From Gammaproteobacteria bacterium (GTDB lineage: Bacteria > Pseudomonadota > Gammaproteobacteria > JAJFJF01): a DNA stretch of 64,000 nt. Each line of letters starts with the position of its first letter. Positions within the stretch are counted from its first letter, which is position 1. This document shows positions 48,887 through 57,451 of the stretch, in pieces. The notes beneath the pieces were generated by a model that ran no database searches, was not told where the DNA came from, and was given only the letters and a program-made list of their open reading frames with translations. The position numbers and the translations under genes were made by a program. The stretch is from positions 17,729-81,728 of the forward strand of contig JAJFJF010000018.1 of the NCBI GenBank assembly GCA_021774255.1, given 5' to 3'.

Positions 48887-50725
48887 TTACTCGACGGTCA
48901 CGGATTTTGCTAAATTACGCGGCTGATCAACATCCGTGCCTCGCAACACAGCCACATGGTAGGCAAGCAACTGTAATGGCAAGGTGAATAAAATAGGCGC
49001 GACTATCATTTCATTTTCGTTTTCCAGCGACGCGGGCACTTGGATCACCGTCATGCCCGGTGAGGCTTCAATATGTGCATCGGTGAATACGATAAGCTCA
49101 CCCCCGCGCGCATGGACTTCTGCCAAGTTGGCTTTTAATTTTTCGACCAAGCCGTTTTTGGGCGCCACCACGACCACCGGCATGTCATTATCAACCAACG
49201 CGAGCGGGCCGTGTTTTAATTCACCTGCAGGGTAAGCTTCTGCATGAATATAAGAGATCTCTTTTAGTTTGAGCGCACCTTCCAGTGCAATGGGGTAGTG
49301 CACCCCTCTTCCTAAAAAGAGGGCGTGCTGTTTTTCAGCAAAGCGCTGTGCGACGACTTTAATTTCTTCGTCCAATTTAAGCACAGCTTGCACCCGCTGT
49401 GGCAGTTGCTGGAGTTCGTTCAAAATGGTTTTTTCGGTTTCTGAAGACAACGTATGCTGCCGACCAAGTAATACACATAATATTAGCAACGCGGTAAGCT
49501 GCGTGGTAAACGCTTTTGTGGATGCCACACCAATTTCAGGACCGGCATGTGTTAATAGCGCCGCGTCAGACTCCCGCACTAATGTGCTCTCTGCCACATT
49601 GCAAATCGTCAGACTTGCCAAATAATCTGCTTTGGCTGCGCGCAATGCCGCTAGCGTATCGGCTGTTTCACCGGATTGTGAAAGCGTCACCAGTAACGTA
49701 CCCGGTTGAACAACCGGCTTTCGATAGCGATATTCACTGGCCACTTCCACTTGGCACGGGATCCCGGCCAAGCCTTCAAACCAATAACGCGCCACCATGC
49801 CCGCATGGTAACTCGTGCCACAGGCAATAATTTGTACCGCTTTTACTTTTTTTAATAGGCTTTCCGCGCCATGACCAAAAATGGCATTCTCTAACGCCGA
49901 CATATCCGCGTGCAAGCGCCCTTCTAAACAGTCTGCAATGGCACTAGGCTGCTCGAAAATTTCTTTCAACATATAGTGCCGGTATTTACCCCGATCGGCT
50001 TGTGTCACCGACAAGGTGTTTGTTTGGACATCGCGCTCAACAACATGACCTGCTGGATCATAAATCGTGACACCTGTGCGTGAAACTTGCGCAATATCGC
50101 CTTCTTCAAGGTACATAAAAGATTGGACAACGGGCAAGAGCGCCAATTGATCAGAGGCAATAAAATGTTCACCGATCCCGACACCAATCACGAGCGGACT
50201 GCCCTGACGTACCGCAATCAGGGAATCAGGCTGACTCGCATCCATGATCAAAAGCGCATAGGCGCCTTTTAATAATGTAACAACGTGTTGCGTGGCCGCT
50301 AATAAATCCATGCCGGCGCGCCGTGCCTGATGGATCAAATGCACCACCACTTCAGAATCGGTATCGGAATCAAATTGATAACCGGCAGACACTAGCTGCT
50401 GCCGCAGCTCGGCATGGTTTTCAATAATGCCGTTGTGCACCAGTGCCACCGTGTCAGAACACAGCGGGTGCGCATTACGTTCTTCCGGTTTACCATGTGT
50501 TGCCCAACGGGTATGCGCGATACCGGTGCCACCTTGCAAGGAGTGCTTCTCCAGCTTGTCCGTCAATGTGCCCACTTTGCCATGCGTGCGCACGCGCACG
50601 ACCGCATGGTTATCGATCGTTGCCAAACCCGCCGAATCGTAACCGCGGTATTCCAGCCGTTTTAAGCCCGCAAATAAAACTGGCGCCGCGTCACGTTGCG
50701 CGATCGCCCCCATAATTCCACACAT
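48887..50725 (-). CDS. glmS: Glutamine-fructose-6-phosphate aminotransferase
   Basis: MCGI start, [23 protein letters not shown] and [11 protein letters not shown] end. Confidence 0.98.
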   Translation of the reverse strand: MCGIMGAIAQRDAAPVLFAGLKRLEYRGYDSAGLATIDNHAVVRVRTHGKVGTLTDKLEKHSLQGGTGIAHTRWATHGKPEERNAHPLCSDTVALVHNGIIENHAELRQQLVSAGYQFDSDTDSEVVVHLIHQARRAGMDLLAATQHVVTLLKGAYALLIMDASQPDSLIAVRQGSPLVIGVGIGEHFIASDQLALLPVVQSFMYLEEGDIAQVSRTGVTIYDPAGHVVERDVQTNTLSVTQADRGKYRHYMLKEIFEQPSAIADCLEGRLHADMSALENAIFGHGAESLLKKVKAVQIIACGTSYHAGMVARYWFEGLAGIPCQVEVASEYRYRKPVVQPGTLLVTLSQSGETADTLAALRAAKADYLASLTICNVAESTLVRESDAALLTHAGPEIGVASTKAFTTQLTALLILCVLLGRQHTLSSETEKTILNELQQLPQRVQAVLKLDEEIKVVAQRFAEKQHALFLGRGVHYPIALEGALKLKEISYIHAEAYPAGELKHGPLALVDNDMPVVVVAPKNGLVEKLKANLAEVHARGGELIVFTDAHIEASPGMTVIQVPASLENENEMIVAPILFTLPLQLLAYHVAVLRGTDVDQPRNLAKSVTVE

Positions 50726-50953
50726 ATCTAAGCCTACTGTTAATTATTATCTTTCGATATTATCATTCAATTTGAACATTCTACCGTGAAAACCCCTTCT
50801 GCGCGAAGTCGATCCGCCGACAAACAAAACCTTTGCCCGAACAAGTTAGCCGGCTTAATAATAATTGTCTATACTTTAAGAAAGAAGAAAAAGTCTCAAG
50901 CAGGAAAGGAAGTCTTAGCTTATTGAATAATTTAATATTTTAAGGAGTCTGCC

Positions 50954-51379
50954 ATGTTAGTACGTGAAGCAATGACAAAAAAACCCGAATATATTCCCCC
51001 TACCATGACCTTGGAAGAAGCTGCCCACGAGATGCGGGATGACGATCTTGGATTCTTACCTATTGGCGAAAATGAGAAGCTGATCGGTGTCGTCACTGAT
51101 CGCGACATCGCCATACGCGCGGTTGCTGAAGGCAAAGATCCGCACACGACACCTGTGCGCGACGTGATGACCGAGAAAGTCTTGTACTGCTATGAAAAAG
51201 ACGACATCAAAACAGCCGCCAAAAGTATGGAAGAACAGCAAATCCGCCGCTTGATTGTTTTAGATAAAGACAAACAATTATGCGGTGTATTGACCATGGG
51301 TGATATTGCAACCAAATGCCATGACGAGCATTTATGTTCAGAAGTCGTGGAGTCTGTCTGTCAAAAAACACACCATTGA
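50954..51379 (+). CDS. Tandem CBS-domain protein
   Basis: V.EAMT, LPI, G.VTDRDI.IR and QIRRL motifs. AAGGAG RBS. Confidence 0.9.
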   Translation: MLVREAMTKKPEYIPPTMTLEEAAHEMRDDDLGFLPIGENEKLIGVVTDRDIAIRAVAEGKDPHTTPVRDVMTEKVLYCYEKDDIKTAAKSMEEQQIRRLIVLDKDKQLCGVLTMGDIATKCHDEHLCSEVVESVCQKTHH

Positions 51380-51393
51380 TCGGTTAAAAAGGT

Positions 51394-51451
51394 GCAGGTC
51401 GGAATAAGCGTGAACCTAAGCCATGCTTAGCTTTGCGCTTATCCCGCATAC
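51394..51451. repeat. REP-like palindrome between convergent genes (possible terminator)
   Basis: ggaATAAGCG...CTAAGC-cat-GCTTAG...CGCTTATccc nested hairpin. Confidence 0.5.
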
Positions 51452-51474
51452 GCAGCATACGCAATCAAAACGAA

Positions 51475-52464
51475 TCACAACAACTCTGCAATTTGAATCG
51501 CATTAAGCGCCGCGCCTTTGTATAACTGATCGGCCACCACCCAAAAAGCTAAACCATTTTTGCTCGCAATGTCTTCGCGGATCCGCCCGACATAGGTTTC
51601 TTGTGTTTGCGCCACTTCCATCGGGGTGGGGTACCCTCCCGGTTCTCGGCTATCTTTAACAATAATGCCCGGTGCCGTGCTCAATAATCGTTTTGCCTCT
51701 TCCACACTTAATTTATCACGCGTTTCAATTTGAATCGCTTCTGAGTGGGCGCGCATCACGGGTACCCGTACACAGGTTGCCGAGATGGGCAAATCAGGTA
51801 CCCCTAAAATTTTGCGCGTCTCATCCACCATTTTCATTTCTTCTTTGGTGTAGCCATTTTCCATAAACACATCGATATGCGGTAATACATTTAAAGCAAT
51901 AGGCACCGGATAAAAATCAGATTGTAACGGTTTATCTTGTGTAAAAGCATGCAGCTGATCACACAGCTCTTCAATGGCAGCTTGACCGGAACCTGACACA
52001 GCTTGATACGTTGATACAATCACACGCGTGAGTTGCGCAGCACGATGCAATGGCGCTAACGCCACGACCATCTGAATCGTTGAGCAATTTGGATTGGCAA
52101 TAATACCGTGATGTGCGGCGGCGGCCTCAGGATTCACTTCCGGCACAACAAGCGGCACGTCATCTTGCAGACGAAACGCACTGCTATTGTCGATCACCAC
52201 CGCACCGGCTTCGACGGCCTGGGGTGCAAAATGCAGGCTGTGCTCACCACCGGCTGCAAAAAAAACAATATCCATCCCTTCGAAAGAATGCGGCGTGAGC
52301 ATCTCAACCGTGAGCGGCTCTCCTTTAAATAAAATTTGTTTGCCGACAGATCGTTCAGACGCCAGCAAGCGCAAACTTGCCAACGGAAAATCACGCTTCT
52401 CTAATATTTCAATAAACGCAGTGCCCACCGCGCCGGTCGCACCGGCAATTGCAACATGTTTCAT
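51475..52464 (-). CDS. asd: Aspartate-semialdehyde dehydrogenase (short type)
   Basis: GATGAVG, IDNSSAFR, ANPNCST (catalytic Cys), STYQAVSG.G, CVRVPV..AHSE and KGAALNA.QIAE. Confidence 0.93.
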   Translation of the reverse strand: MKHVAIAGATGAVGTAFIEILEKRDFPLASLRLLASERSVGKQILFKGEPLTVEMLTPHSFEGMDIVFFAAGGEHSLHFAPQAVEAGAVVIDNSSAFRLQDDVPLVVPEVNPEAAAAHHGIIANPNCSTIQMVVALAPLHRAAQLTRVIVSTYQAVSGSGQAAIEELCDQLHAFTQDKPLQSDFYPVPIALNVLPHIDVFMENGYTKEEMKMVDETRKILGVPDLPISATCVRVPVMRAHSEAIQIETRDKLSVEEAKRLLSTAPGIIVKDSREPGGYPTPMEVAQTQETYVGRIREDIASKNGLAFWVVADQLYKGAALNAIQIAELL

Positions 52465-52491
52465 GTTCTCACCTTTTTACTTCTCTCTTCT

Positions 52492-53283
52492 TTAAATGCG
52501 CTGCCGCAAGGGCAACACACTGCTCAATATAAATAATAACGCCGCGGCGACCACAATTGCTGGGCCTGTTGGAATATCCCACTGTAAAGAACCCAACACC
52601 CCCATCACCACAGCAAGCGCACCACACACACTGGCGCCGACAGCCATTTGTTCCGGGGTGCGCGCAAAATGTCGCGCGGTGGCAGCAGGAATAATTAATA
52701 ACGACGTAATGAGTAATATACCCACCACCTTCATCGCCAAGGCGATCACAACCGCAACCAGCAACACAAATGCGATGCGCAGCCATGTCACCGGCACGCC
52801 TTCCACCTGCGCGAGTTCTTCATGTAGGGTCACCGCCAGCAGCGACGACCACAGCCACGCCAGTAACGATAATACCAGCACCGCCCCCAGCAATCCCCAC
52901 CACAATTCTTGTGAGCTGATCGCTAAAATGTCGCCAAATAAATATGCCATCAAGTCGACACGCACCCCTTCCAGCAAAGCCAACACCACCAAACCTAAGG
53001 CTAGGGTGCTGTGCGCTAAAATACCCAATAAGGTGTCACTTGCAATACGTTGCTGCCCTTGCCACCACACGAGCAATAAGGCCACCACCACGCACACCAG
53101 CATCACGCTGACACTTAAGTCTACATGAAATAAAAAACCCAAAGCCACGCCCAGCAAGGCTGCGTGCGACAAGCTATCACCAAAATACGCCATGCGTCGC
53201 CACACCACCAAGGCACCCAGTGGCCCGGCGATCACCGCGACACCGATACCGCCCAGTAATGCACGTAAAATAAAATCACTCAT
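52492..53283 (-). CDS. znuB: Zinc ABC transporter permease
   Basis: GPLG..VVWRRMAYFGD.LSHA.LLG, YLFGDIL and LLIIPAATAR. Confidence 0.92.
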   Translation of the reverse strand: MSDFILRALLGGIGVAVIAGPLGALVVWRRMAYFGDSLSHAALLGVALGFLFHVDLSVSVMLVCVVVALLLVWWQGQQRIASDTLLGILAHSTLALGLVVLALLEGVRVDLMAYLFGDILAISSQELWWGLLGAVLVLSLLAWLWSSLLAVTLHEELAQVEGVPVTWLRIAFVLLVAVVIALAMKVVGILLITSLLIIPAATARHFARTPEQMAVGASVCGALAVVMGVLGSLQWDIPTGPAIVVAAALLFILSSVLPLRQRI

Positions 53284-54173
53284 TGGCTAACGCTACTCTG
53301 GACATTTTCAAAAAGCACCGTCATTTCATTTTCTAAAAAACTATAAAATTTTTCTTTGGCAAGTGTTCTTTCCTGATCGATCAGTGGAATAAAACGTGAC
53401 ATTTGTTCTTTAAAAGCCTTTCCATGAATAATCTCTGGGAGTTTTGATAGCATTTTTTTTAGGTCGCCCGAATAATCCTTCACACCATAGTCAGCAATTT
53501 TATGTTTTACTAAATCAAAGTTAGGCTCAGCCCCTTGTTTTTGCAGCCATTGCAAATCCCAAATATCTCGATATCTAATGTATTTCTGGCAGCTTGGAAA
53601 TGCAATTAGTTTATCTGCCATAATTTCATCCAGGCTTTCTACCATAATGAGCACATCCGTGTAGCCGTCTGGCAAGAAGTCATAATTAATTTGAAGCGCT
53701 CGTGCTTGGCGAGAATAAGCCGGCACATTCGCCACTTCAACTTTGATCATTTGTTTTGGAATATCCGGGCGTGCTTTCGATGTCACTACTCTAATTTGCC
53801 ACTTGTTAACGTTGACGTCTTGATAACTGGATTCTTTTGTCAACTCGCCGGGTTCTTTTACAAAAACATCCAAGCCATAGCGACCACCAATGTAGGTTTC
53901 AATGCACGCTTTCATTTTCATTAAATCTGTTTTGTGAAAATCTTTTCCCCCAACAAAATCTAGATCTTCGCTAAACCGTGAGGCACCGTAACATAAGCGT
54001 AACGATGTGCCACCCTGAAAGGTTAATTTATCCAGTAAATTTTCTCTATCTAATACAAATAAAATATCATAGTGCAGCAACTCTTTTTCAACGACAGGGC
54101 GCATATGCGCTCTTTCGTCAAGCTGCATGGCCTTGTTAACAAGCACCTGAAAGTTTTCTTTATCATTACTCAT
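53280..54173 (-). CDS. AbiEii-family nucleotidyltransferase toxin (type IV TA)
   Basis: VEKE, FQGGTSLRLCYG..RFSEDLDF, EIMADK and R.RDIWD motifs. Lower GC than flanks. Confidence 0.9.
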   Translation of the reverse strand: MSNDKENFQVLVNKAMQLDERAHMRPVVEKELLHYDILFVLDRENLLDKLTFQGGTSLRLCYGASRFSEDLDFVGGKDFHKTDLMKMKACIETYIGGRYGLDVFVKEPGELTKESSYQDVNVNKWQIRVVTSKARPDIPKQMIKVEVANVPAYSRQARALQINYDFLPDGYTDVLIMVESLDEIMADKLIAFPSCQKYIRYRDIWDLQWLQKQGAEPNFDLVKHKIADYGVKDYSGDLKKMLSKLPEIIHGKAFKEQMSRFIPLIDQERTLAKEKFYSFLENEMTVLFENVQSSVSQ

Positions 54174-54702
54174 TAATGACGTCTACATTAACCATATTAA
54201 TATTGCGGCCAACGCGCTTTAAATCACGCCAAGCCGTTTGTTTGGAAGCAATGCGCAGCGGTCGATTTTCTACTGTTTTGATCCCATCAAGAATATCTTT
54301 CACTGCACGCTTTGTATGTGTGAATTCAATAATACCATAAGGCGTTTTGTAAGTACCTGCACGACCTGTCGTCATAACGGTCAGTCTATCTACCAGAATT
54401 TGCGAAATGGCCCCACACTCTAATAACATGGACTCCAGACTGACATAATTATATTTGCCTCGTCTCAGCGCCTTAGCAATATGCTCAATCACATAGCCAT
54501 CAAAAGACAATGCATGGGGATTCACATACACACCGCGACAAGCTCTCACCAGTAGCCTTGCTTTGACTAAACGGCTGAGGCCCTCTGTCAAAGCCTTCGG
54601 TTTATCATCCGGAAAAATCTTGTGGAGATCTTGCTTAGTAAACACATACTTGCCTTGCAAGTCCCACTCTTTTAGTGCTTGAATTAATTGGATTTTATTC
54701 AT
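54166..54702 (-). CDS. AbiEi-family antitoxin / transcriptional repressor
   Basis: N-terminal wHTH (LSRLVK..LL.RACRGVY), YVSLES.L...G.ISQ and LT.MT. Overlaps the toxin start. ATG at 54702 preferred. Confidence 0.87.
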   Translation of the reverse strand: MNKIQLIQALKEWDLQGKYVFTKQDLHKIFPDDKPKALTEGLSRLVKARLLVRACRGVYVNPHALSFDGYVIEHIAKALRRGKYNYVSLESMLLECGAISQILVDRLTVMTTGRAGTYKTPYGIIEFTHTKRAVKDILDGIKTVENRPLRIASKQTAWRDLKRVGRNINMVNVDVINE

Positions 54703-54725
54703 GTATACTCTAATTCTACTTAAAC

Positions 54726-54807
54726 ATAGACTTTCTGTATACATGATAGCGGGTTTTCACAGTAAGTGCACAAAAAATCTATTTTTAAATAGACTTTCTG
54801 TACACTT
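54726..54807. promoter_or_regulatory. Probable AbiEi operator: 21-bp inverted repeat plus extra half-site
   Basis: AAGTGCACAAAAAATCTATTT-tt-AAATAGACTTTCTGTACACTT (54764-54807, 3 mismatches) and a third copy ATAGACTTTCTGTATAC at 54726-54742. Confidence 0.7.
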
Positions 54808-54824
54808 AAAAACAATTTTGCTAG

Positions 54825-55607
54825 TTAAACTTCTCTTTTGTCTTCTGAGGCAGGTTTGACCGCACCCATAATATCATGGGCATGATCATGTCGGTGGGTA
54901 TATACCGCTAAACGCGCCGCTTCCTCACCAAACAGTTCTAAATAAGCCGGATCTTTTGTCACGGCTTCTGGGTGGCCCGAGCAACACACATGATGATTTA
55001 AACATACGACCGTGTCAGTCGCGGCCATCACCAAATGCAAATCATGTGACACCATTAAAATACCGCAGCCTATTTGGGAGCGGATCTGCGCAATCAATTC
55101 ATACAATGCGACTTGCCCGCCCACATCGACGCCTTGCACGGGCTCATCGAGCACCAATAAGTCTGGTTCGCGCAATAACGCACGCGCCAGCAGCACACGC
55201 TGCCACTCTCCACCCGAAATCGTCTGCATCGGCAGCGTGAGCGTGCCCTCGGCACCCACTTGTTTTAATGCTTTTTTAATGTGCGCCTGCGAAGCCTTTG
55301 CTTTTGACCGCAACCCCAGACGTAAAAACCGTTCAACACTGAGCGGCAAGCTCGCATCGATATGCAAACGCTGCGGCATATAACCAATACGCAAACCGGG
55401 CCGCCGCCAGACGTCTCCTTGGGTCGGTTTTAATAGACCCAGCACCACGCGCACCAACGTTGTTTTACCCGCGCCATTGGGACCAATCAAGGTAATGATT
55501 TTCCCACGTTCAACCGTCAAACTCGCATGCTCGAGCACCGTTCGCTCAGCAAAACACACACTGACATCGCTAACGGTCATTAATTTTCCCACATTGTTTT
55601 CTGACAT
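54825..55607 (-). CDS. znuC: Zinc ABC transporter ATPase
   Basis: [51 protein letters not shown] and a His-rich tail. ATG at 55607. Confidence 0.93.
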   Translation of the reverse strand: MSENNVGKLMTVSDVSVCFAERTVLEHASLTVERGKIITLIGPNGAGKTTLVRVVLGLLKPTQGDVWRRPGLRIGYMPQRLHIDASLPLSVERFLRLGLRSKAKASQAHIKKALKQVGAEGTLTLPMQTISGGEWQRVLLARALLREPDLLVLDEPVQGVDVGGQVALYELIAQIRSQIGCGILMVSHDLHLVMAATDTVVCLNHHVCCSGHPEAVTKDPAYLELFGEEAARLAVYTHRHDHAHDIMGAVKPASEDKREV

Positions 55608-55689
55608 GGCTACCACGAGACTGGTTCGGCTTGTTTCAACAGGCGACATCATACTATTTAGCAACACACAGATGTAAACTTTTTAAAAC

Positions 55690-55706
55690 TTACCTTCGGA
55701 TGTTAC
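55690..55706 (+). promoter_or_regulatory. TTACCT-N5-TGTTAC motif upstream of the Pro-rich orphan
   Basis: TTACCTtcggaTGTTAC, ending 37 bp before the ATG at 55743. Confidence 0.6.
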
Positions 55707-55742
55707 TCCATCAGTACTGAGCAAAGAATTATTTAAACAACG

Positions 55743-56837
55743 ATGGCTTACGCTCAAGAACAAGCTACGACCCCGCACGGTTTGGGTACCGGCGCACCCG
55801 CTGGCTTGGCTGTCTCTACCTACCCTGCGCAGAACGACGTCAATCCCTTTTTCGGTTTTAACGTCCCTGGCTCCCCCTTTGCAAGCCCTGCAAGACAACC
55901 TGGTGCGTCGGGCGGCATGCCGCTGCCGGTTCACTGCAGCCCGCCGAGGACCGGCCACCCGCCGGTTGCTTCGCCTGCCCGTAGCCCTTTTGGGCCGCTG
56001 GGCAGCTCGGTGGTCCAGCAGTACGGTGACGGCACGCCCGCCAGTGATGCGCGCTTGGACGACAGTCAGTTTGGCTTTGGTGATGGCATTCCCGCGCCCT
56101 CTTTTTGGAACCCGGCTCTCATGACGCCGGGAGGCGGCATGGATTTGGAGGTTCTGCCTGATGAACACCTGCTCAGCTCCTTTTTTGGTTTCGGTGATGG
56201 CGCCGACGCGGCTGCCTTGCTCGATGACGGGCAGCCAACGGCTGCGCAGAACGAGCTCCTGCAGCAGCTCGCGACTTTTTTTGATGACTGCGTGCACTTC
56301 CCACCCCAACAGATGGCTGAGGAGACTCCCTTTAACCCATCATCGCTATTTGAGGGACCTGTTGTCGGAGAACCCCATTTTGGGGTTGTCGCCAGGGTGG
56401 GCGCGAGACAAGTTCCGCCGGCAGGCACAAACCCGAGTGTGATGGCTGCTGCGATGCTTGCCCTCCAACAGTACCAGCAGCAAACTGAACCGCTAACCCC
56501 TGCGTGTCACGCGGCAGCCGAGCAGCTTCTCCAGATTATCCACCAAGCTGACCAGCAGCAAACCCCCACAGCTGGCGAGGCCGGTTCACCTGGCAGCAGC
56601 ACCTCTGGTGGCGGGCTGCCGTCGTTTCGGGGCTCGCCTAACCAGTTTCGCACGCCGCCGCAGGGCCCGCATCTGCCAGTGCTCCATGAGCCGCCTGCTT
56701 TTTTTTCCGCGCACATCGGTCCGAATGACGGAACACCCCCTGCGCCTCGCTACACCGTTCAGGGTGGCTCTAGCTGCCGTCGCGCCTTGTTCAAGGAGCC
56801 TCCTCCTACGAGCGAGACGCCGCCCTCGGCCCACTGA
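55743..56837 (+). CDS. Hypothetical Pro/Gln/Ser-rich, probably disordered protein (candidate effector)
   Basis: 364-aa ATG ORF in a GC-rich stretch bounded by AT-rich flanks. No recognisable bacterial domain. Confidence 0.65.
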   Translation: MAYAQEQATTPHGLGTGAPAGLAVSTYPAQNDVNPFFGFNVPGSPFASPARQPGASGGMPLPVHCSPPRTGHPPVASPARSPFGPLGSSVVQQYGDGTPASDARLDDSQFGFGDGIPAPSFWNPALMTPGGGMDLEVLPDEHLLSSFFGFGDGADAAALLDDGQPTAAQNELLQQLATFFDDCVHFPPQQMAEETPFNPSSLFEGPVVGEPHFGVVARVGARQVPPAGTNPSVMAAAMLALQQYQQQTEPLTPACHAAAEQLLQIIHQADQQQTPTAGEAGSPGSSTSGGGLPSFRGSPNQFRTPPQGPHLPVLHEPPAFFSAHIGPNDGTPPAPRYTVQGGSSCRRALFKEPPPTSETPPSAH

Positions 56838-57317
56838 ATCAACAAGACCCCACGCCGGTTTTGCTGAAATGAAATAAGAAAATAAGCCTTTGTGCTTAAC
56901 AAAAGAGAGGCAAAACCTGGCTTTTTTATTTTCTTGAAAGCCCTTATGAGAAGTACCCCCAGGAATAAGGTGCTCCTTGGGGTGTCGATGAAGAACAAGT
57001 AGTAAAGCGGGCTTAAAAAAACAGAAAAATATCAGACAGAAGCCTGTATGAAATTTACCTTCCCGTTACACCTGGCCTCCAGATTTTATTCATTTTTTGC
57101 TTAAAAAAAATTAATTTGACTAACTTTTATATTTCTATACTTACTACTGATATCTTTGCCTGAAGATATTCAAAATACAGAGACTCGCCCTTCATATACC
57201 CTAATTTAATACCACTCGTGCAGCACCCGACCTATTTTACTTAAAACCCAGGCATACCCAGACTTGCTACAAACGCATACTCAAACAATAAAAAGTTATT
57301 TAAATAACAACAAAAAC

Positions 57318-57334
57318 TTACCTTTGACTGTTAC
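57318..57334 (+). promoter_or_regulatory. TTACCT-N5-TGTTAC motif upstream of GLUG protein 3
   Basis: TTACCTttgacTGTTAC followed by TCTATAT. Confidence 0.7.
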
Positions 57335-57451
57335 TCTATATCCCCAGAAAGCTTCTGTAACAAACATACACAGGTTTTCTTTTTTTTCTTCAATACGACT
57401 TCGTTGCTTCATTTTCCTGAATCATCGCAAACACTGAAAAAACTCAGCACG

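Noticed and set aside
52496-53128. 210-aa plus-strand ORF
   Set aside because: Antisense shadow of znuB.
55690-55720. Zur box for znuC
   Set aside because: Only a TGTTA half resembles it. There is no palindromic TAACA arm, and the site fits the non-palindromic motif shared with the GLUG genes better.
55683-56309. 208-aa minus-strand ORF as the real gene (or znuA) upstream of znuC
   Set aside because: It is Arg-rich antisense-type sequence with no solute-binding-protein features. The longer plus-strand ATG ORF carries the shared motif.
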